Made by a program: the position numbers and the translations under genes. From a virus (taxonomy: Duplodnaviria; Heunggongvirae; Uroviricota; Caudoviricetes), in the IMG/VR virus record IMGVR_UViG_2541047807_000005: a stretch of DNA of 34,598 nt; one strand, given 5' to 3'. Of the stretch, positions 9,345 to 18,578 are shown piece by piece (the first letter of the stretch is position 1; each line of letters begins with the position of its first letter). Under the pieces are notes generated by a model that saw only the letters and a list, made by a program, of their open reading frames with translations, was not told the origin of the DNA and searched no databases.

Positions 9345-10157
9345 ATGGGGCATGCTATGATCTTTCTAAGTCATAATCACCGTGACAAAAGGTTTGTAAG
9401 TGTTATAGCGGAAAAACTAGCAGATGTTTATGGGCGTGATAACGTATTCTACGATTCTTGGTCTATCCAACCCGGAGAGGGTATTATTGACAAGATGAAT
9501 TTAGGAATGGAGAATGTATCGTTCTTTTTCTTTTTTGTCACAGAAAATAGCTTGGCAAGTAACATGGTAAAAATGGAATGGCAAAATGCTTTAATTAAGG
9601 CATCGTCCGGGAAGTGTAAATTTATACCAATACGTTGCCAGAATATATCCTTGCCTGCTCTGCTTACTCAAACGCTATATATTGATCTTTATTCGTATGG
9701 GATCGATGTGGCAATAAGACAAATTATAGATGTCATTAATCAACAAAATACGTATATTCCTAATCCTGAGAAGTATTCAAACCTCTCCTATGATATTAAG
9801 GATGATGATGGGGGTAAGATAGTGAAATTATCAGCAATGGATTTTTTAGAACCAATTGCTGATTTTATGATGATTATGGATAATACAATTAAGCATGATG
9901 ATGTTGTTGTTATGGTCAATGGAGAAAGCTCATTCACTCAGGGGTTTATTGAAAATGCATCTTTAGAAAATGGTATGAAAGTAAGTGGTGCCACTGTTGG
10001 CCTAAATCGGGGGTTAACACCAACGATGCCAATGTATGTTTCTCTTAGGTTAAAGGATGGTTCACCTTTGAATATATTTGCGGTGCTACATCGAGTAAGT
10101 ACCGAGCGTTATGCTCCTATACCACATAAAGCCGATGATGCCTTTAGAGTAAAATAA
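9345..10157 (+). CDS. TIR-domain protein (270 aa) with uncharacterised C-terminal domain; candidate anti-phage effector
   Basis: N-terminal region IFLSHNHRDKRFV...DSWSIQPGEGIIDKM...FFFFFVTENSLASNMVKMEW matches bacterial TIR pattern; AT-rich; between cos-like site and portal gene. Confidence 0.7.
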   Translation: MGHAMIFLSHNHRDKRFVSVIAEKLADVYGRDNVFYDSWSIQPGEGIIDKMNLGMENVSFFFFFVTENSLASNMVKMEWQNALIKASSGKCKFIPIRCQNISLPALLTQTLYIDLYSYGIDVAIRQIIDVINQQNTYIPNPEKYSNLSYDIKDDDGGKIVKLSAMDFLEPIADFMMIMDNTIKHDDVVVMVNGESSFTQGFIENASLENGMKVSGATVGLNRGLTPTMPMYVSLRLKDGSPLNIFAVLHRVSTERYAPIPHKADDAFRVK

Positions 10158-10166
10158 AAAGCAATA

Positions 10167-10192
10167 TGGTGGCTATATAATTAAGGCCACCA
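10167..10192. terminator. Hairpin between convergent TIR gene and portal gene (TGGTGGC...GCCACCA)
   Basis: 7-bp inverted repeat with 12-nt loop flanked by AT-rich sequence; possible bidirectional terminator. Confidence 0.3.
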
Positions 10193-10201
10193 ATTTATAT
10201 C

Positions 10202-11230
10202 TCATAAACAATAGGATGAAAATGCAATAACTTTCTCACCCAGCCAATGGTTTAACTCCTCCATGCGTTTCTGTAATGGCAAAAGTTCATTGCGCACAAA
10301 CACATTTGCGGCCTTCTCCACATCCCCAAACCCTCCAACATTATTAGGCATAATCCCCATCATTTGCGGCGGCACGCGGTGCGCAGCCATCATGTCATCA
10401 CGGCTCACGTTCTTGATATTCAAAAACTCATCCTTCGCCGCCACCTCTGACAACGGGATAATCTGAAGCCCGTCCTTTTTGCCGTTAGGCGAGTACATAA
10501 ACAGGTTGCGGAAGTTACCCGGACCTTTGGCACTTTTCATTGCATTGCGGAGGTTGTTCACGTCCTCCTGGTTCTGCGCAGCATCGGTCATGTACATGAT
10601 GAAGCCTGCATGACTACCGTTAATGTAATACTTGCGGCGGAACAGCGTGGCGGACTCATTGAGCAGGGCGGACGGAATGGCAGAAAGATAGCCGGGCAGG
10701 CCGTAGATTTCCTGGTTAATGTCCGGTTCCATCAGATGAAAAATGCTGCCTTTCGTGAACTGATACGGCTGGGTTGTCATACCGTATTGCACAAACCAGT
10801 AGGTATCCAGGTCTAACCCGCGTCGGGTGTATTTTGCCAGAGCAGGCTCAAGGGCGATAACTTCACCGAAGCGGTTCGTGCGTTTCTCCAGGTAGGCGTT
10901 ACCAAATACCAGATAGTCCTGCACAAAACGTGAAAAAGCCTGCTGGCTGAGCAGCGGGTGAGGGATGTAGGTACTGGTCAGAATGTTGCATTTCACCGCA
11001 ATTGGTGAACTGTGATGCACGGCGGCGCGGAAGGTGCGCGCCAGTCCGTCAAAGCTTACTGGCGGCTCATACCAGCGATCTGTCTGTACGCATTCCACAT
11101 AGTCCAGTAGTTCGCGGCGATCCAGAACAGGAACGGGATCACCGAAGCTGAATGCTTCGGCTGTAGTTTGACTTTTATGCCGGATCTGGTTTGTCGACGC
11201 AGCGCGGTTCTTCTTACTCTTTCCCATCAA
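10202..11230 (-). CDS. Q: Portal protein gpQ
   Basis: 342 aa, P2 gpQ-like size and synteny; 4-nt overlap with terminase stop. Confidence 0.9.
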   Translation of the reverse strand: MMGKSKKNRAASTNQIRHKSQTTAEAFSFGDPVPVLDRRELLDYVECVQTDRWYEPPVSFDGLARTFRAAVHHSSPIAVKCNILTSTYIPHPLLSQQAFSRFVQDYLVFGNAYLEKRTNRFGEVIALEPALAKYTRRGLDLDTYWFVQYGMTTQPYQFTKGSIFHLMEPDINQEIYGLPGYLSAIPSALLNESATLFRRKYYINGSHAGFIMYMTDAAQNQEDVNNLRNAMKSAKGPGNFRNLFMYSPNGKKDGLQIIPLSEVAAKDEFLNIKNVSRDDMMAAHRVPPQMMGIMPNNVGGFGDVEKAANVFVRNELLPLQKRMEELNHWLGEKVIAFSSYCL

Positions 11231-12993
11231 AAAATCTCCACAATATTACTGGTATTGGCGGACTCGCCCTGCAGTGGTTCGTTAAACAGTGCGTGCATTG
11301 TTGCCCAGGCCAGATCGGCGTGGCTGGCTTCTTCGCTGCGGCTGGCTTCATAGGTCGGGCGGTTGCCGCTGGCAGTGGTGGCGCGACGGATTGCCATAAA
11401 GGACTGCGCTATGTCGGTGTGCCCGGCGTCAAACTCCAGGCGGCGGTGGCTAATAATGTCGTAGGCCTTGAGTACCAGGGCGTTTTTAACGTTGGGGTTG
11501 TAGACAAACTCCCGGACGGCAGGAAAAAACGCTTTCACGTTCTCGTAAACCCCGTGACCGACGCCGGTTGAGTCGATACCGATGTATGTCACGTTGTACT
11601 GTTCAGTCAGTTTTTTGATGGCGTCAGCCTGGGCGCGGAAGTCCATCCCGCGCCACTGGTGACGCTCAAGAATGCGGAACTTACCGCCCGGCACGGCTGG
11701 CGGTGCCACCACCACGCACCCGGCGCTGTCGCCGTTTTGCGTACCTTTTGCCGGGTCATAACCGATCCACACTTCGCGCCAGCCAAACGGGCGCAGGGCC
11801 AGTGCATGAAAGTCGGTCCAGACTTCCCAACTGTCCACCATGCACGCCTGCAGCTCGCTGAGCGGGAACACGGACGCGAAATCGTCCACAAACTCGCACA
11901 TCAGCAGGTTCTGGTATTCGTCCGGGCTGTACTCCATGCGCAACTGATCGAGGTCGAAAAGGTTACATCCGCCGCGCACTGCATCTTCCACGGTGACTAT
12001 CTGGCGGTATTGCCCGTCTGCGCACAGCAGGCCGGGGGCCAGATTGCTGTGGGACAGGTCGATGTCCACCTTATCGGCTTTATTGCGCCCACGGTTGAAC
12101 AGCGCACCGGACCAGAACGGATAAGCACTGTGTGTCAGGCTGGATGGCGTGGAAAAATAGGTTTGTCGCCATTTTTTGTGAATAGCCATACCGGAAGCCA
12201 CTTTGCGCAGCTCCTGGAATTTCGGTATCCAGAAATATTCATCCAGATACAGGTTGCCGTGGTAACTCTGGGCCGTGCGGGCATTGGTGCCGAGGAAGTA
12301 AAGCGTGGCTCCGTTAGGAAGCACCATCGGATCGCCTTTCAGCTCCACCTCGACTTCTTTGGCGAAGTCTATGATGTACTGCTTAAAGACGTGAGCCTGT
12401 GCCTTGCTGGCGGAAAGAAAAATCTGGTTACGTCCGGTAAGCAGAGCGTCAATCAGGGCTTCACGGGCAAAGTAAAAGGTCGCGCCGATCTGGCGTGACT
12501 TCAGCAGGTTGCGGATGCGGTTGGTTTTTCCGGCTTCCCACCAGTGGCGCTGGTAGTTGAACATGGAGGAATGGAAGATTTCTTCCAGCTTCTCAATCTG
12601 CTCATCGGTGAAAACATTCTTTTCCGGCTGACGGCGCGGGCCTTTGTTGCGGTTGGCGACGTTAGGGTTTAAGTCGGCTTCGTTGCCGCCATTGTTAAAC
12701 TTGCCGATCCGCGCGTGGCGTTCCGACTGGCGCGCCAGCAGGTCAATCTCTTTGAAATCTTTCCCTTCTTTGTGCTCCTTCATAATGAGCTGGCAGTAGC
12801 GTGCGGCGGTGGTGAGCTGCATCTGATCCAGCGGCCCATAGTCACCCCACTTGTCGCGTTTTTTCCAGCTGTGAACGGTTGCAACTTTCTCGCCCAGCAT
12901 TTCAGCAATGCGGGCTACGCGGTATCCCTGAAAGTACAGCAGCATGGCCTGCCGACGGGGATCGAGATCTGCGGGTGTCAGTGTGGTGTTCAT
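11227..12993 (-). CDS. P: Terminase large (ATPase) subunit gpP
   Basis: 588 aa, synteny divergent from O; P2 gpP-like. Confidence 0.9.
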   Translation of the reverse strand: MNTTLTPADLDPRRQAMLLYFQGYRVARIAEMLGEKVATVHSWKKRDKWGDYGPLDQMQLTTAARYCQLIMKEHKEGKDFKEIDLLARQSERHARIGKFNNGGNEADLNPNVANRNKGPRRQPEKNVFTDEQIEKLEEIFHSSMFNYQRHWWEAGKTNRIRNLLKSRQIGATFYFAREALIDALLTGRNQIFLSASKAQAHVFKQYIIDFAKEVEVELKGDPMVLPNGATLYFLGTNARTAQSYHGNLYLDEYFWIPKFQELRKVASGMAIHKKWRQTYFSTPSSLTHSAYPFWSGALFNRGRNKADKVDIDLSHSNLAPGLLCADGQYRQIVTVEDAVRGGCNLFDLDQLRMEYSPDEYQNLLMCEFVDDFASVFPLSELQACMVDSWEVWTDFHALALRPFGWREVWIGYDPAKGTQNGDSAGCVVVAPPAVPGGKFRILERHQWRGMDFRAQADAIKKLTEQYNVTYIGIDSTGVGHGVYENVKAFFPAVREFVYNPNVKNALVLKAYDIISHRRLEFDAGHTDIAQSFMAIRRATTASGNRPTYEASRSEEASHADLAWATMHALFNEPLQGESANTSNIVEIF

Positions 12994-13039
12994 GGCACAA
13001 ACCTACAGCCTTGAATGAAGGCTTTCCCCGCCTGCGGTT

Positions 13040-13057
13040 TGTGTGGTTGTCGGTACA
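13040..13057. promoter_or_regulatory. Late-promoter activator dyad TGT-N12-ACA (Ogr-type) in the P/O divergent region
   Basis: TGTGTGGTTGTCGGTACA, ~80 bp upstream of the O start codon. Confidence 0.5.
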
Positions 13058-13135
13058 AATACCGCGCATTGTTTCACTGCCCCCATCACCGCAACCATAA
13101 GGCTCCTGTAAGTTTTTTCTAACGGAGCACGGCTC

Positions 13136-13969
13136 ATGACAGTGAAAGCAAAGCGTTTTCGCATCGGGGTGGAAGGTGCCACCACCGACGGACGCGAAAT
13201 CCAGCGTGAATGGCTGGAACAGATGGCAGCCAGCTACAACCCGGCGGTGTATACCGCGCTGATTAACCTTGAGCACATCAAGTCTTATCTGCCGGACAGC
13301 ACCTTTAACCGCTACGGCAAGGTGACGGCGCTGTTTGCTGAAGAAATCACGGAAGGTCCGCTGGCAGGCAAGATGGCGCTGTATGCCGACGTTGAGCCAA
13401 CGGAATCTCTGGTGGAGCTGGTGAAAAAAGGCCAGAAATTATTCACCTCTATGGAAGTCAGCCCGAAGTTTGCTGATACGGGCAAAGCCTATCTGGTCGG
13501 CCTGGCTGCCACTGATGATCCCGCCAGTCTGGGTACGGAAATGCTGACATTCAGCGCCAGTGCAGCCCATAACCCGCTGGCAAACCGCAAGCAGAATCCC
13601 GCCAATCTTTTTACCGCTGCAGAGGAAACGGTGATCGAACTGGAAGAAATCCAGGATGACAAACCGTCCCTGTTTGCCCGTGTCACGGCGCTGTTCACCA
13701 AAAAAGAGCAGTCCGATGACGCCCGGTTCTCTGATGTGCATAAGGCCGTGGAGCTGGTCGCCACTGAGCAGCAGAACCTGAGCGCACGCACCGAAAAATC
13801 CCTGTCTGAGCAGGAAGAACGTCTGTCTGAGCTGGAGACTGCCCTGCAGGCACAGCAGACCGCCTTTAACGAACTGGTGAATAAGCTGAGTCATGAAGAC
13901 AGCCGCCAGGACTACCGCCAGCGTGCAACAGGCGGTAACGCCCCCGCTGACACTCTGACCAATTGCTGA
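13136..13969 (+). CDS. O: Capsid scaffolding protein gpO
   Basis: 277 aa, synteny, ACGGAG RBS. Confidence 0.85.
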   Translation: MTVKAKRFRIGVEGATTDGREIQREWLEQMAASYNPAVYTALINLEHIKSYLPDSTFNRYGKVTALFAEEITEGPLAGKMALYADVEPTESLVELVKKGQKLFTSMEVSPKFADTGKAYLVGLAATDDPASLGTEMLTFSASAAHNPLANRKQNPANLFTAAEETVIELEEIQDDKPSLFARVTALFTKKEQSDDARFSDVHKAVELVATEQQNLSARTEKSLSEQEERLSELETALQAQQTAFNELVNKLSHEDSRQDYRQRATGGNAPADTLTNC

Positions 13970-13985
13970 TGGAGCACAAAACCTG

Positions 13986-15044
13986 ATGAAGAAGAATACC
14001 CGCTTTGCTTTTAACGCTTACCTGCAGCAGCTGGCGTGTCTGAACGGTGTGGCAGTTGAAGAACTGTCCAGCAAGTTCACCGTGGAGCCGTCTGTGCAGC
14101 AGACGCTGGAAGACCAGATCCAGCAATCCGCCGCTTTCCTGACGCTGATTAACGTCACGCCAGTGACCGAGCAGTCTGGTCAGCTGCTGGGGCTGGGTGT
14201 TGGCAGCACCATTGCCGGAACCACTGACACCACCGCGAAAGAGCGTGAACCTGTCGATCCTACGCTGATGGTCGATGTGGAATACAAATGCGAGCAGACC
14301 AACTTTGACACGGTACTGACCTACGCGAAGCTGGACCTGTGGGCGAAGTTTCAGGATTTCCAGGTGCGTATCCGTGACGCCATCGTGAAACGTCAGGCAC
14401 TGGACCGCATCATGATCGGCTTTAACGGCGTGAAGCGTGCGAAAACCTCCAACCGTAGCGAAAACCCGCTGCTGCAGGATGTGAATAAAGGCTGGCTGCA
14501 GAAAATCCGTGAGGATGCACCGGATCACGTCATGGGCAGCACCACCACGGGTGGTGAAACCACACCGGGTGCGGTGAAAGTCGGGAAAGGTGGCGAATAT
14601 GCCAACCTGGACGCTGTGGTGATGGATGCGGTCAATGAGCTTATCGACGTGGTCTACCAGGACGATGACGATCTGGTGGTGATTTGCGGTCGTGAACTGC
14701 TGTCTGACAAGTATTTCCCGCTGGTCAACAAAGAGCAGGAAAACAGTGAAAAACTGGCAGCCGATATGATTATCAGTCAGAAACGCATGGGCGGTCTGCA
14801 GGCCGTGCGTGCGCCGTTCTTCCCGCCGAATGCGCTGCTGATCACCCGTCTGGATAACTTGTCCATCTACTGGCAGGAAGACACCCGCCGCCGTTCAGTT
14901 ATCGACAACCCGAAACGTGACCGGATTGAAAACTTTGAATCCGTTAATGAAGCCTATGTGGTTGAGGACTACCGCTGCGCCGCACTGGTGGAAAACATCC
15001 AGATTGGTGATTTCAGCGCCGCCGCAGCCGAAACCGGAGCGTAA
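13986..15044 (+). CDS. N: Major capsid protein gpN
   Basis: 352 aa, synteny and size match P2 gpN. Confidence 0.9.
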   Translation: MKKNTRFAFNAYLQQLACLNGVAVEELSSKFTVEPSVQQTLEDQIQQSAAFLTLINVTPVTEQSGQLLGLGVGSTIAGTTDTTAKEREPVDPTLMVDVEYKCEQTNFDTVLTYAKLDLWAKFQDFQVRIRDAIVKRQALDRIMIGFNGVKRAKTSNRSENPLLQDVNKGWLQKIREDAPDHVMGSTTTGGETTPGAVKVGKGGEYANLDAVVMDAVNELIDVVYQDDDDLVVICGRELLSDKYFPLVNKEQENSEKLAADMIISQKRMGGLQAVRAPFFPPNALLITRLDNLSIYWQEDTRRRSVIDNPKRDRIENFESVNEAYVVEDYRCAALVENIQIGDFSAAAAETGA

Positions 15045-15047
15045 TCC

Positions 15048-15698
15048 ATGAGCCTGAGTCCCGCACGGCAGCATCGCCTGCGCGTTCAGGCTGAACAGGC
15101 CGCCCGCGAGGGCGGCAGTGTTCGCCACGCATCGGGCTATGACCTGATGCTGCTGCAACTGGCGGAAGACCGCCGCCGTCTCAAGGGCGTTCAGTCCACG
15201 GTCAAAAAAGCGGAAATCAAGGTGGAGCTGCTGCCGAAGTACGCCGCCTGGGCAGAGGGTGTCCTGGCTGCCGGAGGCGCTCAACAGGATGACGTGCTGA
15301 TGTACGTGATGCTGTGGCGCATTGATGCCGGAGATTATGCCGGGGCGCTGGAGATCGGGCGTCACGCCCTGCGTCATGGCTGGGTGATGCCGTTGGGTAA
15401 CCGCAACGTGCAGACCGTGCTGGCAGAGGAAATGGCAGACGCGGCGCAGAGCGCAATGCTTGCCGCCACCGGCTTTGATGCTGATCTGTTGCTGCAGACG
15501 CTGGAGCTGACAGACGGTCTGGATATGCCGGACCAGTCACGGGCACGTCTGCATAAAGCGATTGGCGCTGTCCTGAGTGAAAGCAATCCGGCTTCCGCCC
15601 TTAATCATCTCAACCATGCGTTACAGCTCGATCCCCGCTGTGGCGTGAAAAAAGACAAACAGCAGCTGGAGCGCAGACTGCGCAATGACAGCCGCTGA
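15048..15698 (+). CDS. M: Terminase small/endonuclease subunit gpM
   Basis: 216 aa, synteny after N. Confidence 0.8.
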   Translation: MSLSPARQHRLRVQAEQAAREGGSVRHASGYDLMLLQLAEDRRRLKGVQSTVKKAEIKVELLPKYAAWAEGVLAAGGAQQDDVLMYVMLWRIDAGDYAGALEIGRHALRHGWVMPLGNRNVQTVLAEEMADAAQSAMLAATGFDADLLLQTLELTDGLDMPDQSRARLHKAIGAVLSESNPASALNHLNHALQLDPRCGVKKDKQQLERRLRNDSR

Positions 15699-15793
15699 CA
15701 GAACGTGCCCCCGCGCACGGGCGGCACGGGGTGGCGAAAGGCACTGCCACATCAAAACCCCGTCCACCGCCCTTTATTTCAGGAGAAAGCAGC

Positions 15794-16258
15794 ATGAAGT
15801 TTGTTGCGCCAGAACAGGCACCGGAACAGGCGGAAATCATCAGAAATACGCCGTTCTGGCCTGATGTGGACCTGTCGGAGTTTCGCAGCGTGATGCGCAC
15901 TGACGGCACGGTGACGCAGCCGCGTTTAAAGCAGGTTGCGCTGTCGGCAATTTCGGAGGTCAACGCAGAGCTGTATGAGTTTCGCAGACGCCAGCAGATG
16001 CTGGGGTATGCCTCGCTGGCAGAGGTTCCGGCGGAACAGCTGGACGGCAAAAGTGAGCGCATTCAGCACTATTTCAACGCGGTTTACTGCTGGGCACGCG
16101 CCATGCTCAACGAACGTTACCAGGACTATGACGCCACGGCATTGGGTGTGAAGCGGGGCGAGGAACTGGCGGAAGCAAGCGGTGATTTGTGGCGTGACGC
16201 CCGCTGGGCCATCAGCCGGGTGCAGGATGCGCCGCACTGCACAGTGGAGCTTATCTGA
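15794..16258 (+). CDS. L: Head completion protein gpL
   Basis: ATG 15794 with AGGAG RBS (ORF track extends to 15731); synteny. Confidence 0.8.
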   Translation: MKFVAPEQAPEQAEIIRNTPFWPDVDLSEFRSVMRTDGTVTQPRLKQVALSAISEVNAELYEFRRRQQMLGYASLAEVPAEQLDGKSERIQHYFNAVYCWARAMLNERYQDYDATALGVKRGEELAEASGDLWRDARWAISRVQDAPHCTVELI

Positions 16259-16458
16259 TGAAAGTGCGTGCGCATCAGTATGACACGGTGGACGCGCTTT
16301 GCTGGCGTCATTACGGGCGCACGCAGGGTGTCACGGAGCAGGTACTGAAGGCAAATCCGGGGCTTGCCGAATACGGCCCCTTTTTACCTCACGGGCTGCA
16401 GGTGGAGCTGCCGGACATTCCGACCACCACCGTGCAGACCGTCCAGCTATGGGACTGA
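16258..16458 (+). CDS. X: Tail protein gpX
   Basis: 66 aa, start overlaps L stop, P2 gpX-like size. Confidence 0.75.
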   Translation: MKVRAHQYDTVDALCWRHYGRTQGVTEQVLKANPGLAEYGPFLPHGLQVELPDIPTTTVQTVQLWD

Positions 16459-16461
16459 ATT

Positions 16462-16677
16462 ATGACGCTTGAGCGAATCAGCGCCTTTATCACGTATTGC
16501 ATCGCCGTCGTGCTGGCCTGGCTGGGCGATTTGTCCATCAAGGATGCCTCAACGCTGGGCGGCCTGATGATCGGTGTGCTGATGCTGGCTATCAACTGGT
16601 ACTACAAACACAAAGCCTACCAGCTTCTGCGCGACGGGCAGATCTCGCGGGAGGACTATGAATCCATCAATCGTTAA
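16462..16677 (+). CDS. Holin, two predicted transmembrane segments (pinholin-like)
   Basis: 71 aa with two hydrophobic stretches and charged C-terminus; immediately upstream of endolysin. Confidence 0.65.
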   Translation: MTLERISAFITYCIAVVLAWLGDLSIKDASTLGGLMIGVLMLAINWYYKHKAYQLLRDGQISREDYESINR

Positions 16678-17173
16678 ACGCTGCCTTGTCGGGGCCGTGC
16701 TGGCTATTGCTGCCACGCTGCCGGGTTTTCAGCAGCTTCACACCTCCGTGGAAGGGCTGAAACTGATTGCCGATTACGAAGGTTGTCGTCTGCAGCCGTA
16801 TCAGTGCAGCGCGGGTGTCTGGACCGACGGCATTGGTAATACGTCGGGCGTCATTCCCGGCAAAACCATTACGGAGCGACAGGCAGCAGAAGGGCTGATC
16901 TCCAACGTGCTGCGTGTGGAGCGGGCGCTGGAAAGGTGTGTGAAGCAACAGCCGCCGCAGAAGGTATATGACGCTACGGTGTCGTTTGCCTTCAACGTGG
17001 GAACGGGCAATGCCTGCAGTTCCACGTTGGTGAAATTGCTCAACCAGCGGCGCTGGGCGGATGCGTGCCGACAGTTGCCGCGCTGGGTTTATGTAAAAGG
17101 TGTGTTTAATCAGGGGCTGGATAACCGCCGTGCGCGGGAGATGGCCTGGTGCCTTAAAGGAGCTGGACTATGA
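16658..17173 (+). CDS. SAR endolysin, T4/P1 Lyz-type lysozyme
   Basis: Motif EGCRLQPYQCSAGVWTDGIGNT (P1 Lyz-like catalytic region) preceded by weakly hydrophobic Gly/Ala-rich N-terminus with Cys (signal-anchor-release domain). Confidence 0.85.
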   Translation: MNPSIVKRCLVGAVLAIAATLPGFQQLHTSVEGLKLIADYEGCRLQPYQCSAGVWTDGIGNTSGVIPGKTITERQAAEGLISNVLRVERALERCVKQQPPQKVYDATVSFAFNVGTGNACSSTLVKLLNQRRWADACRQLPRWVYVKGVFNQGLDNRRAREMAWCLKGAGL

Positions 17174-17598
17174 CGCGTGCGCTGGCGGTAGTGGCGGCGC
17201 TGGCACTCGTTGCGCTGGGCTGGCAGTCGTGGCGGCTTAACAGCGCCAGCCACACCATCGAAACGCAGCGCGCGGCGCTGAACAGTAAAGCGCACGAACT
17301 AACGAAGAAAAATAGCCAGCTGATCAGTCTGTCCATTCTGGCTGAAACCAATAACCGGGAGCAGGCGCGGCTCTATGCCGAAGCAGAACAGACCAGCGCG
17401 CTGCTGAGACAACGACAACACCGGATCGAGGAACTGAAACGTGAGAACGAGGATTTACACCGCTGGGCTGATACTCCTTTGCCTGCTGACATTATCCGGC
17501 TGCGGGAACGTCCGACACTCACCGGAGGTGCAGCTTACCGTCAGTGGTTGTCCGCGAGTGACGCCGTGTCGGCTGGATCAGGCAGCGCCGCGCACTAA
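17170..17598 (+). CDS. lysB: LysB, Rz-like i-spanin
   Basis: N-terminal TM segment, coiled-coil-like Q/E/R-rich body; position after endolysin. Confidence 0.7.
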   Translation: MTRALAVVAALALVALGWQSWRLNSASHTIETQRAALNSKAHELTKKNSQLISLSILAETNNREQARLYAEAEQTSALLRQRQHRIEELKRENEDLHRWADTPLPADIIRLRERPTLTGGAAYRQWLSASDAVSAGSGSAAH

Positions 17599-17731
17599 CG
17601 GTGATCTGAACGCGTTGCTGGATGAAACGGAGGCCGCCTGGGCAGTCTGTGCAGACAAAGTGGACATGATTATTGCGTGTCAGGAGCGAAACAGTGAACA
17701 AACCACAGTCCCTGCGCCACGCCCTCAATAA
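17441..17731 (+). CDS. lysC: LysC, Rz1-like o-spanin lipoprotein, overlapping lysB in another frame
   Basis: Lipobox LTLSGC after signal peptide; Pro-rich; embedded/overlapping arrangement typical of P2 lysB/lysC; GTG start assumed. Confidence 0.6.
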   Translation: MRTRIYTAGLILLCLLTLSGCGNVRHSPEVQLTVSGCPRVTPCRLDQAAPRTNGDLNALLDETEAAWAVCADKVDMIIACQERNSEQTTVPAPRPQ

Positions 17732-18125
17732 AGCGGTGCCTTATGTCCGCAATAACCCGGACAAACTGCATCTGTTTGTGGATAACGGTTCGCTGGTTGC
17801 CACGGGGGCCAGCTCCATGTCATGGGAGTACCGTTACACCCTGAACGTGGTGATTGAGGATTTCAGCGGCGACCAGAATCTGCTGATGGCCCCGGTTTTG
17901 CTGTGGCTGCGGGATAACCAGCCTGATGCCATCAATAATCCGGCGTTACGGGAAAAACTATTCACCTTTGAGGTGGACATTCTGCGCAACGATGTCTGTG
18001 ATATCAGCCTTAACCTGCAACTGACGGAGCGGGTGCTGGTCAGTACTGACGGCAGTGTGTCGAGCGTTGAAGCGGTAGCGGAACCCGATGAACCTGAAGA
18101 AATGTGGACGGTGAAACGTGGCTGA
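17694..18125 (+). CDS. R: Tail completion protein gpR
   Basis: GTG 17694 with AGGAG RBS; KPQSLRHAL...LFVDNGS resembles P2 gpR N-terminus. Confidence 0.8.
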   Translation: MNKPQSLRHALNKAVPYVRNNPDKLHLFVDNGSLVATGASSMSWEYRYTLNVVIEDFSGDQNLLMAPVLLWLRDNQPDAINNPALREKLFTFEVDILRNDVCDISLNLQLTERVLVSTDGSVSSVEAVAEPDEPEEMWTVKRG

Positions 18126-18561
18126 ACTGCAGAAAGTGGACGACTGGCTGAGTGCCTTGCTGGCGAATCTGGAGCCAGCTGCAAGAAGCCGTATGATGCG
18201 GCAGCTGGCGCAGGAACTGCGCCGGACACAGCAGCAGAATATCAGGATGCAGCGCAATCCTGACGGCAGCAGCTATGAACCGCGACGGTTAACAGCACGC
18301 AGTAAAAAAGGCCGTATCAAACGTCAGATGTTTGCAAAGCTGCGCACCACAAAATACCTGAAAACTGCCGCCAGCGCCGATTCTGCCAGCGTGCAGTTTG
18401 AAGGTAAGGTACAGCGCATTGCCCGTGTTCATCACTACGGCCTGCGTGATCGCGTCAGCCGTAAAGGCCCAGAGGTACGTTACGCTGAGCGAAATTTATT
18501 AGGAGTAAATAGTAACATCAAAACATCGATAAAGGATGTTTTGATGCAATGGCTTTTATAA
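18118..18561 (+). CDS. S: Tail completion protein gpS
   Basis: 147 aa, synteny; last ~25 codons are AT-rich (possible insertion junction). Confidence 0.8.
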   Translation: MAELQKVDDWLSALLANLEPAARSRMMRQLAQELRRTQQQNIRMQRNPDGSSYEPRRLTARSKKGRIKRQMFAKLRTTKYLKTAASADSASVQFEGKVQRIARVHHYGLRDRVSRKGPEVRYAERNLLGVNSNIKTSIKDVLMQWLL

Positions 18562-18578
18562 ATTAAGCTTCATTTGAC

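Noticed and set aside
9525-9536. T5 and T6 homopolymer runs inside the TIR gene (encoding FFFFF) as a possible phase-variation tract
   Set aside because: Runs are shorter than typical slipped-strand switches and are interrupted by a C; most likely just codon composition of a hydrophobic strand.
11659-12498. 279-aa ORF on plus strand inside terminase large subunit gene
   Set aside because: Antisense to terminase gene; no independent support.
13866-14528. 220-aa ORF on minus strand inside capsid gene N
   Set aside because: Antisense to major capsid gene; spurious.
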